This document shows, one piece after another, positions 9,478 to 18,518 of a DNA stretch of 32,000 bases (its first letter is position 1; the number at the start of each line of letters is the position of its first letter). Under the pieces are notes generated by a model, which worked only from the letters and a program-made list of their open reading frames with translations, was not told the DNA's origin and ran no database searches. Source of the DNA: Paramicrosporidium saccamoebae KSL3. Its lineage: Eukaryota > Fungi > Cryptomycota. Position numbers and translations under genes: made by a program. The DNA lies in the NCBI GenBank assembly GCA_002794465.1, contig MTSL01000135.1, positions 1-32,000 on the forward strand, given 5' to 3'.

Positions 9478-10743
9478 ATGCAAGTCACTAGAGCATTAAT
9501 AATCTGCATCTTGCTTATAAGTGTAAGTGAGGCTGTTCTTGAGCCCCCAGAGTCGCAAGAACCGCAGGAAATAATTTCTAATGAAGTTCAATCAATACTA
9601 CCTAATGCCGATCCCAATGTGAATGCGAGTGACTCGGGCTCGGGCTCGGAAGAGGAAGAGGAACCCGATTCCGAGTCTGCGTCTGATTTTGACTCTAGCT
9701 CTGATGGCGACTTGGGCTCAATTCTTGCAAATCAATCCATTGAACCAGAGACTGAAGCTGCGGTCGACGATGGATTGGATTTGCCTGTCGGGGAAGATTT
9801 AAGTAGTGCGGAAGAAGACTTGCCTACTGCGCCAGAGACAACAAAGGAAGATACTCGTCCGGCATGGATGCTTGCTTTGTCGGCAAAAAAGAAGGAGGCA
9901 AAGCTGAAAAAGACTAGCCAGTACGCCAGTACTACAGACGATCGTCCAGAGTGGTTGGATAGGACGCTGAAAAAAACATTTACAGAACTTCACAATGAGC
10001 GACTTGAAGAAACGGCTGATAGGAAACAAATCCGAAATCTCTATGAAAAGCGTGCCGCATTTGTGGATCCACGCGAGGCCATTGAACAGCGACTTGCTCA
10101 GCAGAGACTGCAAGAACAGAGAGATGCCGTGAACGATAGACAACGAGAGTTTGTAGACACGTATGCAGTACGACAAGAAGAGCAGCAACGATTACGGAAA
10201 GAAGCAGAAAAGCGACAGGATAGAAAGGACATAATGATGAAGAAGCAATGGCGAGAGATGGAGGAGGAACAAAGGAGGGAGAAGGAAGTGAGGAGAATGG
10301 GGGAATTGGAGAAACGGGCCGCTGCAGCAAAAAGACAACAGCAATATCTTGCGAATCTATCGCAAGAGTATTATCCTATAAATCCATCGCAGAATTATTA
10401 TCCTGCAAATTCAACACGGAATTATCCTGCAAATTCAACACGGAATTATCCTGTAAATTCACCACAATCCCGTTATCCTGTAAATTCGCCACAGTTACAA
10501 CACCAAAGGTATCCACAGCCTGTTGGATACCCTTCAAGTCGACAGACACTGAATTACAGGGAATCGGCCCAACCGACAACCCGCGGCTACTACCCGTCAT
10601 CCACAGTACAGCGCCACTCTCCAAACGTCGCTTATTCTCATCAGCGAGTTCCGTCCAGGCAGTCAAAGGCTTATTATCCTGCCACCCAGTCTCACTCTTA
10701 CACCAACCAGTCTGGACGCCAGGCGCAACATATTTATCGTTAA
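9478..10743 (+). CDS. Secreted modular protein: acidic region, LKKT motifs, coiled coil, Tyr/Pro/Ser/Gln repeats (421 aa)
   Basis: Leader MQVTRALIICILLISVSEA and a long open frame. E/R/Q/K-rich helix, and 24-bp tandem repeats from 10397. Confidence 0.8.
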   Translation: MQVTRALIICILLISVSEAVLEPPESQEPQEIISNEVQSILPNADPNVNASDSGSGSEEEEEPDSESASDFDSSSDGDLGSILANQSIEPETEAAVDDGLDLPVGEDLSSAEEDLPTAPETTKEDTRPAWMLALSAKKKEAKLKKTSQYASTTDDRPEWLDRTLKKTFTELHNERLEETADRKQIRNLYEKRAAFVDPREAIEQRLAQQRLQEQRDAVNDRQREFVDTYAVRQEEQQRLRKEAEKRQDRKDIMMKKQWREMEEEQRREKEVRRMGELEKRAAAAKRQQQYLANLSQEYYPINPSQNYYPANSTRNYPANSTRNYPVNSPQSRYPVNSPQLQHQRYPQPVGYPSSRQTLNYRESAQPTTRGYYPSSTVQRHSPNVAYSHQRVPSRQSKAYYPATQSHSYTNQSGRQAQHIYR

Positions 10744-10786
10744 AATACTCTGATAAAAGTAAACATTATTGTGATTGGTCAACCTT

Positions 10787-10969
10787 ATGCGACTAATTGT
10801 TCTGATGCTTATTGCGCTCGTGATGGCGCATGAGGAGGAAGATCCCATAATGAGAGCCGTGGAACAGGCATTGGGGCTGCTGCAGCAACAGCATCGACCG
10901 CATGTTGAGGAGCAAAAGACGACTCGATCCAAACGACTATACAAGCAGTGGGAGCGTCATTATCGCTAG
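10787..10969 (+). CDS. Small secreted peptide precursor (60 aa)
   Basis: Leader MRLIVLMLIALVMA, GATTGG ending 8 nt before the ATG, and an RSKR dibasic site. Confidence 0.55.
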   Translation: MRLIVLMLIALVMAHEEEDPIMRAVEQALGLLQQQHRPHVEEQKTTRSKRLYKQWERHYR

Positions 10970-11024
10970 GATATTGCTAGGATATCGCTAGAAGATTGCT
11001 AAAAGGTCACTAGGGTCTCGCTAG
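10959..11024. repeat. Degenerate 11-bp tandem repeat beginning in the last codons of the 60-aa gene
   Basis: ATTATCGCTAG GATATTGCTAG GATATCGCTAG AAGATTGCTAA AAGGTCACTAG GGTCTCGCTAG. Confidence 0.75.
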
Positions 11025-11233
11025 GATTTAAGGAGTGCTTTCGCAAGCTTTGCTGGAAAATACATCGTTGGAATGAAACAATAAATATTTAGTATTTGTG
11101 TCGGTTACCCCTTGCCAATACAGCGTCTGTGTACAAACAGTAATTTTTGCGCGTGCCAATGACCAATCGCCGCGGTTGTTTACCATGTCCTTGTGAATAT
11201 ATATAGCCGACAGTCCGTCGATATTCTGCCAAC

Positions 11234-11422
11234 ATGAAATGCACACTAGTTTTCTTTGCGTTACTCGTCCTTGCTCGTGCCAGCTATGGTGGTTACGGCG
11301 GTTATGACGGCGACGATGGCGATGACACGTATGAGGGTTACGGAAGTTATGATGACTATGGGAGTATGAAGCAGCATGAAGAGGATGAAGACAACCTGAA
11401 TCTTAGCTTCCTCGACTTTTAA
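11234..11422 (+). CDS. Small secreted Gly/Tyr/Asp-rich protein (62 aa)
   Basis: Leader MKCTLVFFALLVLARA followed by SYGGYGGYDGDDGDDTYEGYGSYDDYG. Confidence 0.65.
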   Translation: MKCTLVFFALLVLARASYGGYGGYDGDDGDDTYEGYGSYDDYGSMKQHEEDEDNLNLSFLDF

Positions 11423-11477
11423 GACTCGGTCCTCGGCATCAAAGCGGGACTATAACAACGCAAATAAAGGGTGTACA

Positions 11478-12936
11478 TTAAAATTGATAAAAGTCGACAC
11501 GATTGCCACCAGGCGTCATGGTGACTAGTGACGCCGTGCCTGTGGCTTGTTTACGACAAAACTGACCCGCATTCACAAACAGTGTGCCCTCCACCTGCCG
11601 ACCAAAATAGCGTAGATGTGAGCTACATAGATACATGGCTGGCGCATGAGTCAATTCCAAATCGGGGAGCATTGTATAGTCAATGTTGGTTGAGGGCGGG
11701 GCGGGATGGAGCGGATAATACGACGCCTGTTGGAGGAGATAGGAGCAAAGCCGCTGAATTCGGTCGCCTTGGATGCGCGCATACTCTTCCATTCCAAGTG
11801 GCAAAAGTACGTCGCTGGGAGACGCAACAATCCTAATGCCGTTAACCTCAAAGGCAGCCGGGTTAGGCGCAAGAATAATATTGGGAGTGTCGCCAATGAG
11901 CTCTGACGGAATTGGAGGCTGCGGCAGAATAGGATCTGCAACCAAATCGCGTGTCGAGGGAACCATAATCACTGTGATGCCTGGAACGCGACTCGTCAGC
12001 ATTCTGATCCTTCCCACAAACTCGCGCATGAACATGTCGGTGGGTGGAGAGGCGATCCTTCCTTCCTTAATAAAAACACTTTCCACGTCAATAAAAGGAC
12101 CCATCAAAACTAGCACATTTGGTCGCTGCTCATAGACCAAATTTAAGAGCTTCTCAAATGCTAGAAAATCCATCCTGCTGCCCTCTTCTGTGGTGAATGG
12201 TCCTGATGCAACCATTAACGTCGTAGTAGACGCAATTCGATGGACCTCGGGTGGTAGGATGCATGGCTAAAACATTAGTGCCTTTATAGGGACTACTGTT
12301 TTTTGCTTGGAGACATGGAATGCGCTTCCATCGGGATTCGATCCCTCCAAAACCACAATCTGTCCTGGGAAGAATGCGCACTGTCCCGTACCCAGTACCA
12401 ATGGCACTCTACATCCACTTCCCATCTGTCTCGATGACTCTAGCAGGATCCCCCCCTCTGTCAGCTTGCCGTCTGACTCACTAACCACTCGTCCCACAAC
12501 AGTGACAGTAGTGGGCGTAGGCATCCCCGGATGGCCAAAATCGCCCATCTGAAGACCGAGAGAGGCTGCAGCGAGCTGTGCATGACGATCGATTTGCGCG
12601 TTGAGGGATTCAGCCTTGTCGGAAGGACGCGTATGCAGGAAGCGACGCGGCACAGAGTAGTTGCATGGCGTCAATGTAATTGGGACGGGCGATTGTTCCT
12701 TTTGTGGAATGGGTCGCACAATTTGACCGTTAACAGTCGCCTCGTCAATCACTAAATTTTTCAAGAGGATTGCAGGACTCTTTACAATAGGGCGAGGGAC
12801 GGGCGCTATTTGTCACTGCAGCCGCTTTTTTCGGCTCTACCGGCACAATGTCCTCTATGCTTGCATCTCGCACAAGCCCACCAATACTCTGCCCAGCCGG
12901 GAGGGTACTCTTGTCATGCACAGTGATCCTCTTCAT
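11478..12936 (-). CDS. POL12: DNA polymerase alpha subunit B (about 464 aa), introns 12267-12296 and (tentative) 12752-12785
   Basis: VVGRV, LLESSRQMGSGCRVPL, FFPGQIVVLEGSNPDG, VASGPF, PNVLVLMGPFID and YYPLHP. The introns restore a continuous frame; the 5'-most intron and the start are less certain. Confidence 0.88.
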
Positions 12937-12970
12937 CAACAATAACAAACTATTTATTTTTACATTGGCC

Positions 12971-13862
12971 CTACGAATGCAGGATTTGGAGAATCTTGCA
13001 GAGCTTCTTTGTAGTCTTGTATTGCAAATTGGCCAATTCCTTGGATCCCAGGGGAGCCGAGGCAACCTTTTCAAGACGCAACAGAACAGCACGATACAAA
13101 TCAGACATGTCGATGATCGATTTGTCAACCTTCAGAGTGGAGCGAAGGAGGGAGAGGGTTGAGAGTTGTCTAATCAAACACTTGCTGATTGAGTAATGGT
13201 CTCCAATTGCGGCTGACGAGAGTGAACGCTCGGCAGTGTCGAGAATCGAGGCACAGAGCGATGCTATGACATTTTCCTTTAATTCCTTGCACTCGAATGA
13301 GTGGGAAGTTGTTGTCGGTGAGAGGTCATCTGCAAAGTGCACCTTTTTCTCATGCTTCAGCGAGCAAGTCGATGAGACACAAGTCAGTTGGTCCTTATCA
13401 GTAGCACTGGCATTCTGCTCCTCATCTTTATCGGGTAAGCTTGCAGTCTTTGTTGCAGCAGGCAATTTCTCCGCCTTTTTCTTCTCGCTTGGTTTAAAAG
13501 TATTCTTGGAGGCCAATTTTCGTCTGGATGAATTCGTCGCCCGTGCGCTCTCTTCAGCGGCAGATTTGGTTTCTCTTTCAGCAGTACTGTAGTAGCGAGT
13601 GGTATTCGATTTCGATTGTCCGGTTTCGCTTGTGGGAGAGATTGATATGAATTCTTCCTCTATCACATTGCGAGGGGCCAAGTCACAGGACGCACAAATT
13701 TCCTCACTTTCCTTATTACTCAGCAATGGCGTCTATAGTCTTAGCCCATGCATCTCTCGTTAATACAGTCTGGCATTTCTGGCAGGTGCTGGCCAACAGT
13801 CGCCACCCGGCCAACATCTTTTGTCCTATAAGCTCGCTGACGCATTCTCCCCTCGTCGCCAT
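12971..13862 (-). CDS. SSSCA1/ZNRD2-family zinc-ribbon protein (285 aa), intron 13733-13766
   Basis: The spliced N-terminus [40 protein letters not shown] fits the Auto_anti-p27 zinc ribbon. The intron has a GTATTA donor, a GCTAA branch and a TAG acceptor. Confidence 0.75.
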
Positions 13863-13908
13863 CCGGGGCACTAAAAACGGAAACCCCGGCTATTTTCCTT
13901 CTCACATC

Positions 13909-14388
13909 ATGTCCAGCGACGAAGAAGTTCACCAGGAAGTATTTGAAGCCACAGTTTCTGGCGCCTCAGAGACCTTTCCCATGCAGTGCTCTGCCCTGCG
14001 TAAGAATGGTCACGTCGTGCTCAAGGGCCGTCCTTGCAAGATTGTGGACATGTCCACCAGCAAGACTGGCAAGCACGGACACGCCAAGGTGAATCTGGTC
14101 GGCATTGACATTTTCACTGGTCGCAAGTACGAGGATATGTCTCCCTCTACCCATAACATGGACGTGCCCAATGTGCTCCGCAACGAGTACGTGGTGCTGA
14201 ATGTCGAGGACGGATTCCTGTCCCTGATGACGACCTCGGGAGAGACTAAGGATGACGTCAAGGTTCCCGAAGGTGAGCTTGGTGAGCAAATCCAGGGCAT
14301 GTTTGACGATGGCAAGGAGATTGTCGTGACTGTCATTAAAGCTCTCGGTGAAGAAGCTGCCATTTCTGTGAAGGAGGCCCCTAAATAA
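13909..14388 (+). CDS. HYP2: Translation factor eIF5A (159 aa)
   Basis: Hypusine-site motif [12 protein letters not shown] and PSTHNMDVP. True ATG at 13909. Confidence 0.97.
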   Translation: MSSDEEVHQEVFEATVSGASETFPMQCSALRKNGHVVLKGRPCKIVDMSTSKTGKHGHAKVNLVGIDIFTGRKYEDMSPSTHNMDVPNVLRNEYVVLNVEDGFLSLMTTSGETKDDVKVPEGELGEQIQGMFDDGKEIVVTVIKALGEEAAISVKEAPK

Positions 14389-14476
14389 TCTGTCGATAAT
14401 TGTGAGGTAGTATATTTACGGACCAGAGATAAATTTCACACTCGCAATAATAATAAATTCGATGCATGCGGTGAGA

Positions 14477-15574
14477 TTAGTGGTGGAAAATGTAAGAGGC
14501 TGTGATGGTTGGTCGGGCGTCGACATCAACTTTGAGCGTACCGAACCACTGTCGGATGGTCTCGTCAAACGAGGAAACGTCACTGTACTGAAGAGAGCCT
14601 TGAAGGATTTGTTTAGACGAATCTTTAAGCAGGGAACGCATACCCATCAAAATGACTAAATTGCTTGTGCCGTATTTAGGCAACGGAACACTGAGAGTGG
14701 TACAGTCGTCCTGGCCCCAAATGGAATCGCAAATCGGCGTCACATTCATCTGGATGCCAGAAGCATCCTGATCCAGGCCAAAAATCCAGACACCCATATC
14801 GCCAAACGTACTGACGGAAAGATTTTTATCAAACCCATAGGTGCCAAAAGATCTGCTTTCTCTTTCCGAGATGGTCATGTCTTGCAAGTTCTGGATAACG
14901 TAACATGTCTTTGAGGGGAACCGCCCGTCAGAAGTAACCGGCTTCACATAGCGATAGAGTTTGTTGCTGGTCGTACCGACAACGCTTGCCATCCGAACAC
15001 GACCCAGAGGCGCCTCTTCCAAAACAGTAGCATATGGCCAATCAGGTGATGTTGCCGAGGCATGATTCAACCAGCTTCCAAGAGCGGCATACACGCTGCG
15101 GTTCAACCGGTCGCCCCATCTGGTCTGAAGAGTCACCAATAGTTTCTTGATTGCAAATTTGTCCTTACGACAGTGATCGCGTAACAGGACCATTCGAGAG
15201 TAGCTCACGAAGGGATTGAAATGAGGAGGGCCACTAATTAATCTTATAAACATTTCCATCAATTCGCCCTCAATACAACGTCCTTCCTCCAAAAGCGCTT
15301 CCAAATATGCAGTACCTCTCTTCTTCCAAACCTTTGAGTAGAACGGACCCCATCGCGAATTCTTATAAGGAATCTCAGTCATGCAAAGTGCCAGGACGGC
15401 TCTAAACGGCGTAAGCTGGTCCAGTCTGAAGCTTTCTTGAAGGAGATTGATGACATTTTCGGGCTCACACTCAACAAGCTCGTTGACTCGTTCCTCTAGC
15501 CGGCGGATGGCATCAACTCTCGTAGCGACAGTGACGCTAACAAAAAAAGACCATGCAAGAGCACCGAATTTCAT
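14477..15574 (-). CDS. Putative secreted protein, unknown (365 aa)
   Basis: Long intronless ORF with leader MKFGALAWSFFVSVTVA. No recognised domain. Confidence 0.7.
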   Translation of the reverse strand: MKFGALAWSFFVSVTVATRVDAIRRLEERVNELVECEPENVINLLQESFRLDQLTPFRAVLALCMTEIPYKNSRWGPFYSKVWKKRGTAYLEALLEEGRCIEGELMEMFIRLISGPPHFNPFVSYSRMVLLRDHCRKDKFAIKKLLVTLQTRWGDRLNRSVYAALGSWLNHASATSPDWPYATVLEEAPLGRVRMASVVGTTSNKLYRYVKPVTSDGRFPSKTCYVIQNLQDMTISERESRSFGTYGFDKNLSVSTFGDMGVWIFGLDQDASGIQMNVTPICDSIWGQDDCTTLSVPLPKYGTSNLVILMGMRSLLKDSSKQILQGSLQYSDVSSFDETIRQWFGTLKVDVDARPTITASYIFHH

Positions 15575-15821
15575 CGAACCCTTGCCTATCGATGAGATAT
15601 TTGAATTGATTGGCTGGAAGGGGGCTCAATAGTTTTGATAGTGACCGGGACGCTTACTAGGCGTTGGATGTAAGTTTCATAGGCGCCTAATGTGACGACT
15701 TGACCACACTGATTAGCAACAGGGGAATATTTGTGTTGGCCTCTTGTTTTGGGATCTAGCTCGATTGAAAGTTCGTCTCTTACATGGTCGATTTGATAGC
15801 AAGCACGATGTTTATTCAAAT

Positions 15822-16325
15822 TTAGTAGCGTAGCGGACCATCAATGTGGATCACGTAGAATGGGGATATCCATTTGGAAATTGCCGTTGAGCGTGGAATA
15901 AACATGATTATTATTGGGAGTGGCGCGATGCCCAGGGCAAGCCAATGAAACCAAGATATGTGTGTAAAGTCCTCCATAAATAGGAAGACAAGTTGCATTA
16001 TTAAGAAGGGGAGTAGAAGAAAGCCCATCTTATTCTGGCGCTCAGAGAGGGGCAGGTAAAGGGAGAATAGTAGTAAGAAGGCGCAAGTACTCGCATACAC
16101 ACAAGCTCGAGAGTAGTCTATGAACGGATCGGAAAGGGAATCTCTCAGTGCGCTAACGACCTGCATTATACAGCATACCAAGAATATTAGCGAGAAAAGG
16201 ATGAACAGCGCTGTTCCGGTAGTGGAGCGGATCTTGGCCTTATCGCTCATCTTTTCGTAACGAGTAGTCTCGATTCGTCCATTGTGGTCGGGTCGTACAG
16301 CGTGCCGTTGTCCAATCATATTCAT
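15822..16325 (-). CDS. Four-TM membrane protein, unknown (167 aa)
   Basis: Four hydrophobic segments in an ATG-initiated ORF. Confidence 0.55.
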   Translation of the reverse strand: MNMIGQRHAVRPDHNGRIETTRYEKMSDKAKIRSTTGTALFILFSLIFLVCCIMQVVSALRDSLSDPFIDYSRACVYASTCAFLLLFSLYLPLSERQNKMGFLLLPFLIMQLVFLFMEDFTHISWFHWLALGIAPLPIIIMFIPRSTAISKWISPFYVIHIDGPLRY

Positions 16326-16375
16326 ACAAGTTTATTAAGATTTATGTTGCCAATAGAGATCCCTGCACTGCAGGA

Positions 16376-16465
16376 TTTGATAGTAGAGATCGCTGTGGGA
16401 CTTGATAGTAGAGATCGTTGTGGGGCTTGATAGTAGAGATCGTTGTGGGACTTGATAGTATAGAC
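16376..16465. repeat. 25-bp minisatellite, about 3.6 copies
   Basis: (C/T)TTGATAGTAGAGATCG(C/T)TGTGGG(A/G) at 16376, 16401 and 16426, with a partial copy at 16451. Confidence 0.85.
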
Positions 16466-16603
16466 TTTTGAAGTCTACGAAGCCTGGGCTGATAGTAGAG
16501 ATTTTGACGTCTGGTTCGTAAATTTGCGAGGTGTCTAGTAACAATGGACCATTCTCTGGTCCGGGATGTAGCCTTGGAATGGACGTTTTTCTGGCCATGG
16601 CCG

Positions 16604-16984
16604 TTATTTTGCATCCATAGCTGGGTGTCGCTGGGGGATCCTGTTTAGTTCGCCACAGTTTGGACAAAATCGTTGCTGGTCCTCCACCCATCTCCCACAG
16701 GAGGGGCATAGATTAGTCGCTGTCCCAGGCTGGACCGGGTTCCTACATGCTACGCATCCGAGGTACGGGTGTCCTCGTTCAAAGGGACAGATTGGAACGC
16801 AGAAGAATGTGAACCAAGTGCGGTAGCGATAACATGCTGCCTCTCTGACGGCTCGACAGTTGATGCAGTAGAATGTCGAAGTAGAGGCGAGTATCCGCGC
16901 AAGTTCGGGTGGCGGTTTCTTGAGACGCTGGTTTCGGCTTGAGCAGCCGCAAATAAGAATTATGCAAGGGCAGAGATCGACCAT
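16604..16984 (-). CDS. Small multi-zinc-ribbon protein (126 aa)
   Basis: CxxC pairs (CINC, CVAC, CPSC, CPNC) with RTWFTFFCVPICP, resembling the zinc_ribbon_15 family. Confidence 0.7.
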   Translation of the reverse strand: MVDLCPCIILICGCSSRNQRLKKPPPELARILASTSTFYCINCRAVREAACYRYRTWFTFFCVPICPFERGHPYLGCVACRNPVQPGTATNLCPSCGRWVEDQQRFCPNCGELNRIPQRHPAMDAK

Positions 16985-17067
16985 GTTTCAGATACCGCCG
17001 GCGGCTACTGTTATGAGTGGATACCCCGTCCAAGCAAAATGGCCAATCAGAAGAGTCAGCAGGTTTA

Positions 17068-17553
17068 CTAATATGCAAGAGTCCCGTGATATGGGATCAG
17101 ATATGGTGCGAGGGCGCTAGAGGGGGCCAATAGGAGAATTAGAGCATTAAATACAACCACAGCCGTGACTGTGGCGACAAAGAACCATTCTGGAGAAGTC
17201 AAGGGTGGACGGTATGCCACGAGGACGGTTACGTTGGCAGCCACCACTGCTATCAGTACCATCGACAACTACGAGTTTAGAGTGGCCCATATTACTGGCT
17301 TACAATGGCGTAGAACGAGGCAAGGGATGAACACACGGCAACTGCAACGTCAATGATGGGGGCCATCCATGTAAACAAAATGGTTCCTAGCTGCACCTTG
17401 TCCCCCCTCCCGTCACGATAATTGCGGATGAGAAGAGTCGTTGGATAGACGATCGCCAACTACCAGAAAGGTCATAAATCTACCAACGGATACCCCGATG
17501 ATGATAGAAGAGACGAGATAGAGGATAATCCCGGGAACACTGGCCGACAACAT
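17068..17553 (-). CDS. Small multi-TM membrane protein (about 138 aa), introns 17269-17303 and 17460-17493
   Basis: Two phase-0 GT-AG mini-introns (GTATCC..TAG; GTAAGC..CTAAA..TAG) join three hydrophobic exons into one frame. Start codon uncertain. Confidence 0.55.
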
Positions 17554-17739
17554 GGAGGTTTGTGTAATCCAAAAGTGGTAAAATTATTTATTGCCATAAG
17601 AGGGTCGGCAGCATTTTGGAGCGAGGGAATTGTTGTTTCTAAAAGATACGAACCGTACCGCGTATGGCAGTGGTCACAAAAAGCAATTAACACTGCTATT
17701 TTTTCTGCAACACCGTAGATCAAAGAAACAAAGTCCGAG

Positions 17740-18117
17740 ATGGGTCTCTTATACTGGAATCCCTGGTCCGTAATAGTAATAAGCGTTAATCTGATGGATG
17801 GGTGCCATCCTGGTGTCCCTCCATACGAGGAACCTGAAGAGGCCGTCCAGCGTTCGATAGAAAATCCTGCCGCTAGAACAGGATCGTCTAAGCCGGTAAT
17901 GGGAACAATAGTCGAGCGCACGGTGTCGCCAGGCAGTATCCGGCCACCGGGGCCGCGAGTGACGCACCCTCCCCGCGACCCGTTGAAGGATGAGATTAGT
18001 CGCGAGAACGACAAAATCATTATGGGCATGACAAGTGAGGAGATTTTAGAGGAGCAAGAGGCTCTCAAGAGGACACTTTCCGAGAAGTTGGTGAAGAAAT
18101 GGTCACAGCCAAAGTAA
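17740..18117 (+). CDS. Short protein with an RPAP1/Rba50 N-terminal-type domain
   Basis: EISRENDKIIMGMTSEEILEEQEALKRTLSEKL fits the RPAP1_N pattern. Start may be ATG 17794. Confidence 0.6.
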   Translation: MGLLYWNPWSVIVISVNLMDGCHPGVPPYEEPEEAVQRSIENPAARTGSSKPVMGTIVERTVSPGSIRPPGPRVTHPPRDPLKDEISRENDKIIMGMTSEEILEEQEALKRTLSEKLVKKWSQPK

Positions 18118-18518
18118 ACACTAGTTGAGTGTTCTTATCGAATATACCAGTGAGTGTAATTATTCAATACAGCTTACAACGGGTACTAACCGTTCCTGTA
18201 GTCTAAAATAAGAATAACCAAGGATTGAAGCCGAGTAGCCACCCATTCGACTCTTGATGAGCAAATTAATGTGTGTGGTTTCTTTATAAGCAGCCATCAT
18301 TAATATGATTAGAATGGCCTGTGGGATCGCTACCCGGGTCGAATGCCCCAATAATACACAGATACTGTTCAACGGACTCTTTGCATCGCCTGAGCCCATC
18401 CTCCAATAAAAGCAAGGGAGATGTGCCAGGATGCTATCGGGTTGTTTACATCCGACTGGCCAATCACATGAAATGGATATAAAAGCAAAGTTACCGCCCC
18501 CTCCCCCACTGCTAGACA

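Noticed and set aside
10397-10500. YPxNS repeats as RNA polymerase II CTD mimicry
   Set aside because: The period is 8-9 aa rather than 7, and only Tyr and an occasional SP match YSPTSPS.
15586-15819. 77-aa ORF as an extra exon of the 15822..16325 gene or as a separate gene
   Set aside because: It has a TTG start, no suitable AG acceptor to join the frames in the 26-35 nt range, and no recognisable motif.
16376-16465. 25-bp repeats as a CRISPR array or as coding repeats of ORFs 16335..16709 and 16342..16614
   Set aside because: The units are contiguous with no spacers and there are no cas genes. The period is not a multiple of 3, so the same peptide appears in rotating frames, as expected for non-coding DNA.
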